Origin: Magallana gigas | Taxonomy: Eukaryota | DNA: 64,000 bases | NCBI RefSeq assembly: GCF_963853765.1 | Contig: NC_088855.1 | Coordinates: 310,001 to 374,000, forward strand | Direction of reading: 5' to 3' | In this document: positions 12,201 to 24,500 of the stretch, piece after piece | Numbering within the stretch: position 1 is the stretch's first letter | Layout of the letters: each line of letters begins with the position of its first letter | Notes under the pieces: generated by a model | Told to the model about the DNA's origin: nothing | The model's database searches: none | What the model saw: only the letters and a program-made list of their open reading frames with translations | Program-made: the position numbers and the translations under genes

Positions 12201-13931
12201 TAAATTTATACCAAATGTTTATACTACTAATACTTTGGTCAAGTTCGAAAATCAGCATTGGTCGATACTTTTTGTTGGAGTTATGGGACTTTGACCACAA
12301 TAATGACTCCGATTTATCCAAAAATTGACCTTGCAAGCGCTCTCATGCCTACAAATTTTGACAGATTTTCATTAAATTTATACCAAATGTTTATACCACT
12401 AATACCTTGGTCAAGTTCCTAAATCAGCCTTGGTCGATACTAGTATACTGCTTGACTGGCGGGGGATCCAGGAATTCTATTCTTGTTTTACTTTGTTTGC
12501 CCTCTAGGTTATTTTCTTGCTTATAAATAGAACTACTCTCCCTAATTTCTTGTTCGAAATGATTACTATAGTCTTATACTGAAAAACAGGTACTTTTTGC
12601 CTCAACTGCAAAAGGAATGCGCTACGGCCGTGACAGAATATCAAACATAAGCAAGCATAAATAAGCATCATAGAATAATGAAATTATATCTGGCATGCAA
12701 TGCGATAAATTCCATCGGTCATATGAACCAGTAGTTACTGTAAAAATCAGAAGTTGTACCTGCCCACATCAGTTTTGACTTTTAGGTTATATTTGGCCAT
12801 CTGGAAAGTGTGCGCTTACTTTAATTTAATTGCACCAAGATTGTATCTTCAACCTGCAGGTACTTGTACATTGTTGACTCCATTGAAAACGGTCAAATTT
12901 TCTGTTGTAGACCTAACATTCCAACTGAATATGCAAGGTATAGGCGATGATTCTCCGGGTGAGTATGAAATTCAATGTTATCTGTTGTTAGCATTTCACC
13001 AAGATAATTTTGATGAGATGAAAGAATACAGTAATTGGGCTGTTGATTATGAATTACTTGGTAATCACAGCTTGTTAAATTTATAGTTCAAACTTAACTT
13101 TAGTGCATTTAATATTAAAGAAAACTATTGCATTACCGTTCTATCTGTTTCACTTGTTTGAATTATTTTACCAAGTAGTACATTAAATTTTTCTAAATAA
13201 CAATAATTTTGTTGATAGGTACTCAAAGTGCTCAAATAGAAGAATTGAAGAAAGAAATCCAAGATCAAATAAAAGAAAGGGCGGAGTATTGTCAGGAGCT
13301 GCAGAGAAAGGACAAGCAAATCAAACACCTGGAGACCGATGTCAAGCGTACAAAAATCAAGCACCAGGAGGAGCTGCGTAAGCGGAGCGAGTGGGAGGAT
13401 AAGTTACGAGCCGATCTGGAATCCAAGTCTAATCAGGTAGCCTACTTGACAACAGAACTACATAAGCTCAAAAGATTACAGTTAGAAAGTGCTTCAAAAC
13501 AGACTTACATAGCTAATGCTCATGGCCTGGTTCCCGCCCCTCCAGGCCTTCCCAAGGAGAGGATGTCAGGAATAAGGCGAGGTCATCGAGGGATGCGCAA
13601 ACCGGAGCCTGAAGAAATCCATCCTGTCCGCACTGGGTCTGGGAGTACGTCCAGGTCCGATTCACCGGTTCTGGAGGCTGCCAGGTCTTTTATTGAACGA
13701 GATGAAGTTGAGCCAGAAATTCGTGAACGCAAACTCCCAACACTCCCCCCTATTAAAGCTGCCACTAATGAACGCCATGTCATGTTCCAAAAAGTTGTAC
13801 AACCCTCTCATCGCAAAAAACATGTGGAAATCTCGCAGGAGGTGCAAGTGATTGCTGTGGATCACATGCCCACAAAGGAGCAGAAGTGGGCCACCCACGC
13901 CCATGAATCAAGAAGTTCCGAAATGAACTGA
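9221..13931 (+). CDS. CCDC92: Coiled-coil domain-containing protein 92, 3 coding exons, 295 aa
   Basis: Exons 9221-9347 (NLESSILFMQTEHAQTLKGLHEEIKNLQKKCS), 12911-12958 (DLTFQL...), 13219-13931 (coiled coil, VAYLTTELHK, LPPI, IAVD). Total 888 nt with both introns phase 1; matches CCDC92 motifs FLQxEHAxTLKGLH and CTDLTYEL. Confidence 0.9.
9572..9786. mobile_element. Tc1/mariner-type MITE (~215 bp)
   Basis: Perfect TIR tactgtggtttcat ... atgaaaccacagta including the TA target. Confidence 0.85.
9914..10765. mobile_element. Non-autonomous Tc1/mariner (pogo/Tigger-like) element, ~850 bp
   Basis: TIR tacagcctactcc ... ggagtaagctgta (1 mismatch), TA flanks, subterminal ttcaatataagcga repeats. Confidence 0.8.
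11880..12490. mobile_element. Helentron/HINE-like non-autonomous element carrying ~3 internal 171-173-bp satellite-like units
   Basis: ttgtaagcgctctcat recurs at ~11987, 12160 and 12331; gtccgt microsatellite at one end and ttcttgttt at the other, typical of bivalve Helentron-type repeats. Confidence 0.65.
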
Positions 13932-14599
13932 AACTTGTCACGTTTGCCAAATATTTTGTACTGTGTTGTGTTCCTTGTATCAGTTGTTTTTATTTTGTGT
14001 ATGTTGAAGACTTGGGATCTAGGGGACCAAGTGTAGCTCTGATGCCTATAAATGAAATGTGAATGTGTGTTGATTTCATGATAGAGTGAATCTCTATTTA
14101 TTTTCAATCATGACTTTTATGTTATTATTGTATGTTTATTTTTAAAACAGAGAAGAAGCTGTGTTATTTACAGAGAGTTCTGTATCTTGTTAACTTGATG
14201 CTTCACTCCGTCCTGGGTCTGTGGTCTTTCACAGTTACTGTGATACATTGACAAGTCACAATTTATATTGGCAGTATAACATTTGTGACACTTTGTTACT
14301 TTGAGAAACTTTTTGGCATATCATGTCTTGATGTGCATGATATAATCTGTAATATTTTATAAGTGAACTGCTTTTTAACTTTTGACAAATTTTTAATCAT
14401 TCTCTCCAAGTTTTTGATAGATTTTAATTATCATTCATTTTCTCACTTTGAGTTTTAAGCCAAATTAATATTGTTGTTGTTTACTGTTGTTTTAAACTGT
14501 AAGCGAGTTTGCACCCATCTTTAGTGTAAATAAAACAGTTTTTTTTTTCAACATTGTTCTGTTGTTTAAGATCTGTTGAGGCTGATTATGAAATACTTT

Positions 14600-15200
14600 C
14601 TGTACTTAAGAATTTAATGTTTTCCTCCCCAATTTTTTTTTCTGACATTTTGGAAGATGGTACAGTATTACAATTATAGAAGCCAGAGCCCCATGGTGGT
14701 GCAAGAATATTTTTACTAGAGATGACTCTGCAAAAAGAAAATTGTTGCCTTGCAAGACAAAGACGGGGGAGCTTATGCTATACCTCGGTATCAACATCTG
14801 ATTGAGATTTTGGAGCAGGTCCAATATCTGAGTTATTACTGGTCCTAATGTCACAAAATTGCGTGGGTGGAGCGTCTGGGGATACTTGAGGGCTTATTAG
14901 CCTAAATGCCGAATTGGAGTTATAAATTTCAGATGCAAGCAGGGGTAAAGGCTTACGGAGCAGGTTAAGATTTTTTGGAGCAGGTGCCCTTTGATGGCCC
15001 TATCTTAGTTATCACTGGTCCTACCTTCACTAAACTTGTTGATGATGCATCTTGTGATACTGATGACTTGACAAGTTTGGATGCTATATGCTTAACTTTC
15101 ACATGCTGGAGGGGATTAATGTTTCGGGATCAGGTTTAAGTTGTTGTAGCTGGTCACAGGTTACTAGGTACATGTAAACACTGATCCTTAAATTATTCAA
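14600..15200. repeat. Degenerate interspersed repeat related to 46590-47000
   Basis: Shared motif ttggagcaggtgcc...tgatggcc repeated within and between the two regions. Confidence 0.4.
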
Positions 15201-15614
15201 ACATGCATGCCATCACAAAACTTGTATCGGCCTCAGGGGCTGATACAGGTTATCAGCTCTCTAAAGGGCTGATACGGATCCATATAACGCCACTTGTGGA
15301 AGTCCTCTGCCTTTTTTCGTTTCAGCATTTCTGCATGTTTACAGAAGAAAATAAAACATTTGTTATATTTTTAAGTGTAGTTGAAAACTTCAAATGCTAA
15401 CAAATGTTTTGTAGCAGTCAACTTTTAAAACCTGAGAAAATTCCAGTTCTGCATGTAGCTACATGACTGTTTGTAAAAACAATTAGATGTCATATCTTTA
15501 TTCAATACATGTACACAATACTTTTAAATAATTTTTAACTTCAATTTATTCAAGTTTGTGATTTTATAAAAAAAAATTTATTACTAAGTATGTAATAAAT
15601 ATAATAATAAATAA

Positions 15615-16870
15615 TTTAATTCTGGTTGTAACACAGCATTTGATTGGATAGAATATATTAAGTTAAAGAATGTGGGCGCTTAAGATGTAGATTCGGCAGG
15701 AATCTGGGCGCACAAGGAGAGTGAAAATTTCATCAATTAATTTTGAATATTTTTCGAATTATAACTGTTATTTGGTTTCTGTTGGATGTGGAATGAGTGG
15801 GAAAATATTTGAAATGCAAAAGGTTTTATTATAATATGGGTCTAAATATAGCAACACGATGCAATTCATGCAAAATCCTACTTATTTACAACTGTTTTTA
15901 AATGATTTTGTTGTCTCTGGGTCTTCTCTCCACAAATTTGAAACGTGTAAAGGTAACATATTTCAACATTAAAAATGTCGCATTTTAAAAAAAGATGGAG
16001 AGATGACCCAGAGATGACTAATTATGTACTTTTCAAATTATTTTTGGAAGGATAAAAAACAAAGTCCATTGATATGACAGTGGTGTTTCAAACAGTACTT
16101 TATAGAGCATATATTGACAAGTCTCCGTGGCTCAGTGGTTTCGTCCTGGATTTAGTGAATACATACATTCAGTGTTTTGGGTTCAAATCCAACTGGTGGT
16201 CTTTTTAAAAAAAATTAAACTTTTTTGTTTTAAATGTATGTTCTTATAACATGATGTTGAAATATAATATACCGGTATATTTTAATTTGTTTTTATTGAT
16301 TTCTAGATCTGCTGTATGAACACTATAAAAAAATTCTTTTCTTATTACTAGTTTTTTAGGATAACACAATATAACGTCATTAAATAATGTTTTCATTAAC
16401 ATTTCCAACTAGTTATCGGTTTACCTCTCATTGCCATTTTTTGAAAGCTTTGTGAGTTTTTTAATAACCGGAATAGCCATGTACTTCGACTCTCAACATA
16501 ATATATTTTTGTTGAAACCTGTACATAGCCTTTCGAGGTTATAGACATTTAAATCCCAATTGATTCGTGTCGAGGATTCCTGCAAACTTACAATCTTGTG
16601 CGCTCACTTTCTTTGTTTAACCTGGTTTGCACGTCACTAGACACGTTACAATGCACCAACCTTTATCTGCTTTGCGGATTATAAAGTGTAAGTTGCCCTA
16701 ACCCAGGTTATACTCGTATAACTTAGGTAGACATCGAGTTCATTTCTTAAATACCCTTTTTCCATATATCACGGCCAGTATCGGCCCTCGACCAATATCA
16801 TCCCTCGGGCTGATATATTGGAGTCTTGGGCTGATAGTACTGGCTGGGATATAGAAAAGGGTAATCTGTA
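15615..16870. mobile_element. Non-autonomous element with 5' gattgg motif, internal tRNA-like box pair and 3' imperfect hairpin (Crypton-like)
   Basis: Hairpin 16749-16865 around ccctcggg; A-box tggctcagtgg (~16128) and B-box ggttcaaatcc (~16180); architecture like 49000-49365. Family assignment is inference. Confidence 0.45.
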
Positions 16871-17324
16871 TTATTCTCTATATAACTATGAAGTACAGAG
16901 CTAGCTTCAAATATTGTATTATATTCAGATATGATACAATGTATATTTACATGATATAAAGTTATATTGTATCTTGTTACAATTATTTATGGTTATACAT
17001 ATGCATGATGCAATATCGATCATACCATGTTAATATAAAATATTATATCTTGATATAAAATCATCTCTTACGATAAATATGATAATTTATCATGCTGTAT
17101 CATATTTGATTGCTTTTAAATCAACATATGTAACAAAATTTCATGAGATAAATTCTAATCAGATTATAATTTTAAATTACCCCGGTATGTGATATGAAAG
17201 AACGAATATAGCTAAATCAAATATATCATCTTCTATGAAAAAAAAGCATTGATTTTATAATTTGTTTAAATAGATCATAAACTATGATTTTGATATATGA
17301 TAATTGTGGTCTCACGTGGGTGGT

Positions 17325-17695
17325 GTCTCATCTCCATTTCCTTTGTAATCTGACAACCTAATGTTTTAAAGTAGTTCTCTATTAGCAGTGTACCGGTACT
17401 AGTGTCTCCATTACCTTTGTAATCTGACAACCTTTGTTTTAAAGTAGTTCTCCATTAGCAATGTACCAGTACTAGTGTCTCCATTACCTTTGTAATCTGA
17501 CAACCTTTGTTTTAAAGTAGTTCTCCATTAGCAATGTACCAGTACTAGTGTCTCCATTAACTTTGTAATCTGACAACCTATGTTTTAAAGTAGTTCTCCA
17601 TTAGCCATGCACTGGTAATATAGTGTCTCCATTACCTTTGTAATCTGACAACCTATATTTAAAGTAGTTCTCCGTTAGCAATGTACCGGTACCAG
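17325..17695. repeat. ~73-bp minisatellite, ~5 copies, downstream of MRM1
   Basis: agtgtctccattacctttgtaatctgacaacc... at 17401, 17474, 17547 and ~17622. Confidence 0.9.
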
Positions 17696-17923
17696 TAAGT
17701 GTACTAAACTCAGCAGACAGATATTTTTCAATATCATTCTAATTAAATACTGCGTGATTTGTAAAAATTCATGGAATAACACTCTGAAATAGCTTTATAG
17801 ACTTTATTTACACTTACACATGAATGAAAGGTACATTTATCATCTGAGCATACTAAATGAAATACAAGTAAATCAAACAAATAAATCCAACTTTAATGTG
17901 TTCATCTTTCCATGAGGTGGTCA

Positions 17924-20900
17924 CTATTTTATTCTTTCATTGTTTGATACGACATGGTAAATGATGATACCAGTAGCCACCGAGACGTTGAGTGAATCAA
18001 CCAATCCAGTGTCAGCAGTGGGTGAATCAACCAATACAGTGTCATCACCAGATGAATTGACCAATCCAGTGTCAGCACCAGATGAATTGACCAATCCAGT
18101 GTCAGCACCAGATGAATTGACCAATCCAGTGTCAGCTCCAGATGAATTGACCAATCCAGTGTCAGCTCCAGGAACAAACACAGCTCTACTGCACTGTCCC
18201 ATCACAGCACTACTGATCCCTCGCTCCTCGTTACCTACAAAAATCAATAAATATCTTTTCAAAGACCTTGCAAAATGATGCATTTTATCAATACAAAAAA
18301 ACATACTTTTAATATGTAACAATAGCAGATCCTGGAGTTTTTAATTCAATTTATATAAATAAAGTTACTGTGTATGTGCTATTAATCAAAGGTTTTTAAT
18401 TTTATTAAATTTTAGAATTATCAATATTTAACTGTATTGTTGCAATCATACGAGTCATTAATTAACATCAATTTTTTAATTTTAACTAGCAGGACAACTT
18501 TTTGTGACAAGGACTATATACGATACTCTATACAGTTATTTATCAATGACTTATCATTATTTCTGATGGTGTTTTTATTAACATCTAGCTGTTTTGACAC
18601 CAAAACATTTTACATGTATACAAACTTGATTATCAACAAACTTGAATGAGTAAATACTTCTTTAAAATACACCATTGTAATTAAAATTTCTAATTAATGC
18701 AATGAATTTAATATTTAATTACATCTGTATGTGTTATATCACTCAATCTCATGAATTTTAATTGAATGTGAGGAATTTATATAGTTATGTGTAATATCGC
18801 TTTATCTCCTGAATTTTTAAGTTCTGCTTGTCTGAAAGTTGTGAACTATATGAAATATTTCAAACAAGTGTTAGGTGATTTACTTTAATTAGGAAAAGAA
18901 AGTCAGAAAGAAGGATCAAGAAAGGATGAACTCACCTACGACAATAAAGACGGGTGCATTCACCGCTAGATCCTGTAAAGGCGTCATTGGGATCCGGGCA
19001 CTGCGGTCCGTAGACGCCCCTACTACTTGTCCCCCCGCCTCCTTCCAGTTCTTGATGACATCAACAAAACGTCAATTTAACTACATTATAATCAAACAAC
19101 TCAACAGAAACCAAAATCTTCAGATCAGCCTCTCTGATATAATTGGCTATTTTCTTTCAACTGGAAAAAGTACAGGAAGCTGTTTATAGAGGATATTGTC
19201 TGAGATAATGAGCGAGCCGTGACTGACCTGAAGTATCTCTACAATGTCTCGTTCCTCCCTCAGTCCGGCCAGTCCCTCCATCACCTCCAGGGACCCCGAG
19301 CTGGCCTTGCTTACCACAGGACTCAGGCGACAGCTGTAACCAAGGCAAGCAGTGCTAATGTCCCACACCAAATCTCACTTCGACCAAAAACACATTACCC
19401 TAAAACTTCAGGGGCATAACATAATTTGTTATCAATGTCATTATATTACTGAATAAAATCATTAAGGATTTCTTACCTGTTTTTCTCTGGGGTAAGAACC
19501 CGATCTACACCTAGAAAGAATGACGTTCGAAGAATTGCTCCAAAGTTCATGGGGTCCTGAAATGTAGTTGTTCAACTTTACAAGCATACAGTTACAATGA
19601 TTTAATCAGCTGTCTCGGAATGAGTATAAAATTAATATTGTGTACAGTTTTTCTTACACAGAAAGATTTTGTCATGTTTTAATGTCTAGATACCAATTTA
19701 GTTATTTTTTCTTGGTTTTTGTTTGTATTTTTATTGGGGGGGGGGGGGTTAGTAATTAATAAGTATTAATTTCTACATCATGTACCTGTACATTGTACGG
19801 CATCAGCCACACAGGGTATCTCCACCTGGACTTGATTTCTGTCCAGCTGCCAAAAAATAATACGTACTGTACAGTTCATGTACGTCAAGTTCAAGACTCA
19901 AAGTTGTCAAGTTACAGTTACAATAAATATCTTTAAATAAAACATGAACATGTGTTCTTGATACAGTGTATGTTGGGCTAGCTATGACAATTATGTGTCG
20001 GCGCCAATAATTAAATATTGTTATTTATCACAAATTGCAGTTGTTCAATGTTGATTTTTTTCAGCACCTACATGCAGTACATGCTTTACAAACAATGATG
20101 AAGATATTATACATACAGTAGCTGTAGATATTTTACATACATTAATTAGCCATAGATATATTACAAACATTAGATAAAGATATTACCATATTGAGGTAGA
20201 CGCCACAGAGACCGGGAGCCCCGACACATCCAAACATATCCCCTGGTTGGGCCTGGATCCACTCAGCTTGTCTAAATCATTTTTCGTCACTGTCACAACT
20301 GGAACATTGAGTTTCTCAGCTTGTTCTATTATCCTTTTCCCCTCTTCTTTACATTTAGTGTTTTCTTTCATAAAGAGTTTATAAAATTTCCGTTTGTTTG
20401 CTCGCAGTGCGAGGGAGACTGGGTGAATTCCAAACAATACCTCACCGTTAACATCTATGCTCATGTTTTCGTGACTAAAAGACCTACATATAATCAAAAT
20501 CATTTCCGACACTTAATATTAAAAGCTTAACTTACATATAAACACACACTAGCTGTCACTGCATTAAAGTAACATACATGCAGTGCCAGCAAATAGTAAA
20601 TTATAATACTATTGAGTAGCCACATACATTGACAAAATTATTTGATCAGGCAACTTATACAATTTTTAAAGAGGTATATTGAATTTGAATAAAACTTTGA
20701 GGATTTCTGTCATAAATGTAGCCTCCTCCTCTCCCCAAAAGAGAACTTACTTGGGTGACTTCTTGCCAAGGCCTGGCAGTCTATAATTGTATTCAGGAAG
20801 ATCTTTTCCTTTGTGAGACCCATACAGCCTTACATGCAGACACCTCACACCAAGCACCTCCCAGAGTTCTTCTTTAGTTGTATTACCACAAAATATCCTT

Positions 20901-20941
20901 ACATTAACATATCTATTTAAAACTGTCAGCAACATCTTCAT
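17924..20941 (-). CDS. MRM1: Mitochondrial rRNA 2'-O-methyltransferase 1 (SpoU/TrmH SPOUT family), 7 exons, 386 aa
   Basis: Exons 20941-20751, 20483-20187 (EVLFGIHPVSLAL...RPNQGICLDV), 19846-19786, 19556-19477 (DPMNFGAILRT..FLGVD), 19333-19228 (LSPVVSKASSG), 19050-18936, 18234-17924 (GNEERGI...DSLNVSVATGI). Phases consistent; N-terminus looks like a mitochondrial transit peptide (start codon less certain). Confidence 0.92.
17990..18170 (-). repeat. Coding 30-bp tandem repeat (ADTGLVNSSG x ~6) in the MRM1 last exon
   Basis: ccagtgtcagcaccagatgaattgaccaat repeated in frame. Confidence 0.92.
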
Positions 20942-21544
20942 ATATTGACACCCATTTATGTCAGATGGAACATTAAAATTCTTTAGCTTGGCTTCCAAAG
21001 CACCACATCATGTGGCACAAGGCTAGTTCAGTGAAATGAAACTGCTATAGTTAACATAAGGAGCTGTTTTGAAATTTCAACATTTAACATTGCCATACCA
21101 TGTGTTTACAATTGGCTCAATATTTCTACCTTCTGTATTAAAAGAGCATGATAAAGGAAAGACAACTCTTTAAGGAAAAAAGGCAAACATTTATTCTCCA
21201 ATAACAGAACAGTATTTGTTGAAACTCACAAATATAAAGTACATGTAGTAAATCATAACCATTTTCTACTCAAACTCGTAGAAATACATCTATATGACTA
21301 ATATTCTGTAGAAAGAAAATGTTGAATGATCGTAAATACAGAACATATTACAATGGTTTCACAAATAGCATATAAAACACAATTCTTTTTTTATCTAGAA
21401 GGAAAAATGATATTATAATGATGCAAGTTTTCATGTTATATTAGAGACTTGGTTTATTCAACATTGGATGATTTCATTTTAGAAATAATTTTTCAAAAAC
21501 ATAAAAAACCCATCCCCTAGTTCTACAACAATTAGCATTGTGTT

Positions 21545-24500
21545 TTATTTTCCTCCTCGGGCCATAGATGTTGCAAACAAAAGTTTCTGCTGTTTTTTCT
21601 TTTTCTTCCCTGGCAGTTTCTCCATCTTAAAGCCACTTTCCTCACTTTTGTCTTGAGCTAAAAAAAATAAATAAATACAATTACTGCAATTCTTGGTTTA
21701 AGAGGTTTTACTTAAAAATATACAATGAAATAAAAATTAATCTTTTAAATAGTTTCTTTCCCATAAATTGTCACCTAGCTTCATAGCACAGAGGGTTATA
21801 AGTTTTCACTACGAATCTGTAAATAATGAGTTCGTATCTTTCTTGGGATTTAAAATTTTTTACCTTTCCAAAATTTTTTAAAAATTAATGTGTTTTTTGG
21901 CGATATATTGTAAAATTTGAAAATTTTAAATAGGTGAAAGTATTTTAATTATAATGTACTTAAATCCACATAAATATTGACAGATGTCCCATACCACCTT
22001 AAATGCAAATGCTCAACTTCCAACAACTTAATAAACTAGAAAACTGACCAGTCAGGAAGGGCCCCGCTATGACAATTAATATAGAGAAGTGAAAAAAATC
22101 TTTGAATTCCATCCTCTTTATATAAACAATGATGAAAAATAAATGCCCGGCAGAAGATGTAAAGAACTGGAATATATAGGATCTCGTGATTTGTAGTTGG
22201 ATATGATTTTCATCCAACAATTAAAGTGTTCTTTTTCTTGAGCCTTAGTGAGGGGATAAAACACACAAGTTGGATAAAAATCATATTATGCTACAAATCA
22301 TACGAGATTCTATTTATCCCATGTTTTATACACCACAATCAATGTTTACACTGTTTATAACACTCCACATTATTTTACTTCATTATGCCTACGCAAATCC
22401 CATTGTAAAGTCACAACTGTGGGAAATCAAAAAAATATCCAATGAGTCATATCCACGGGATAAAGGGGGTTAACATGGGATGAAATAAAATTTGTTAAAA
22501 AAACAAAGAATTGATACCAATGCAATGATACCTAGGCTTTGCCTCAACTTCAAATAAACATCACTTGCAGACACATGTGTACGGTAATACATATAACAGA
22601 TAAAAGACAGACCTTAGATTGCAGTAATTAATCTCAATGTGACAGATAAAGATAAAGCTTAGGATTTTCTTCCTGTGGAAGGTTAATTAATCCCAAAGGA
22701 CAAATATTGCAAAGCCTTCCATGTATACAATGGTAACATTCTCAGCAGTTATCTCTCTTTGCCCATTCATTCTTATGCATAGTTAGGAATCTACCCCACC
22801 ACCCCAGCTCCAAACCAGAAGACATAGAGAACCAAACTTAGCATCAAAATATGTATTTCTGCCTACTGAACTACCATACCAAATTTGAACTTGATTGGGC
22901 AACCATAAAAAAAGTTATTAGAAAAAATCAGGAAATTTGTGGACGGAAGAGTGACAGACGGACGGACAGAAGGACGGACGGACAGAGTGATTACTATAGG
23001 GCACCCGCAAATCCTTGCGGGGCCCTAATAAAAGAACAATTTCAAAACAGAATACTGGAAAAAAGATGAAATCAAATTTATAACTTACAAGTGCTTGCCA
23101 GAATTTTTATTTTCTGTAGCACAAACAATCGCAAGTACTTGCACTGCAGGACAATTTTAGAGTTTATATAAAAAAAAATCACTGACCTTTTCCACTCTCC
23201 AGATTTTCAAAAGCAGCCTGAATGGCAGCCCCAAAAGAATTCTGAAAGACAGGTGCAGCGGACTGTTCCTCATCACTGCCCTCACTGTCACGGCCCACTG
23301 ATTTCATGTCTGGTTTTGGTTCAGAGACTTTTGGCCATGTTGGCGTTTTCTTCAATCCACCTCTTAACATCTACAGAACACAAAGAGAAAAGGTGAATCT
23401 TATGTATTAAAGTGGCTTCTCAATATTAAAGTGGCTTCTCCATATAGTGTCAATTTCTTATTTAAAATTTTCATCTTTTTTTTTTTTACCTGAGCAAACG
23501 ACAAGGATGTCTGTTGTCCCTCATCTTCTTCTAGAGGAGATCCAACACCTACAGTATCTGTATAAAGGAAAAAATACAGTCACAGTATAGTCAGGATGTA
23601 TAAAATAGATGGCAGTGTCAGCCAACAACTCTAACAATATCAAGGACGTTCGAGGCCATTTGGTAAATCCTAGTACAAATGTACTACATACGTACATGTA
23701 TTATCATCTCAACTTAACATTAGCCTGTGTAGATTACTATCAATACATCTAAGATTTCTGTCCTTTTCTCAGAGTATTCATGAAAAATGTGCTTTTACTA
23801 AAGCTAATTACCTAGAGGACTTCCTATGGGAGAAGAAATGGATGGTAAACTCTGCTCACTGCTGTCACTTGTTGCCGCTGGAGACGAGGGTCGATTTTCT
23901 GACACAACTTGTGGACAGAGGGCGCTTTTTACTATCTTCATTCCCGGACTTATTCCCAGGCGACGCCTCTCCTCATCCTGTATCTTTTTACTCCATCGTT
24001 TTTCTAATCGCATCTTCTTCTGTCGAAGACGTTTTCTATATTCTATGTCATCTAAAAAGAATGTGGAAATATTGTAAATAAGACATTATAACTGTAAAAC
24101 AGATGAAAACATATATCGTTTAACCATAATTCATTGCAATATAGATCGTTATCCAAACCAGAAAAAAATTAAGATATTCATGTGCTACACGTATCATAGA
24201 AATACTAATGACAAATTAAAGGACAAAAACCCCTTCCACAATTTCAAGAGGATTTTATGCAGGTCAATAGGAACTTATTTTCTATGTACATGTATGACTG
24301 ATACACGAAAAATTAACAATTTTGATTCAATACATTATAACATAATACAATTTTTAAAATGACTTGTATTTAATACAAAAAAATATACCGTATATAAATC
24401 AGTTACAGTTCCACGTGACTGTCTTACCAGCAAAACATGTCAAGGTGTCTCTAGAAAGGACCGGAGGTCGAAGGTCGAGTTCAGCCACCAGGAACTCGCT

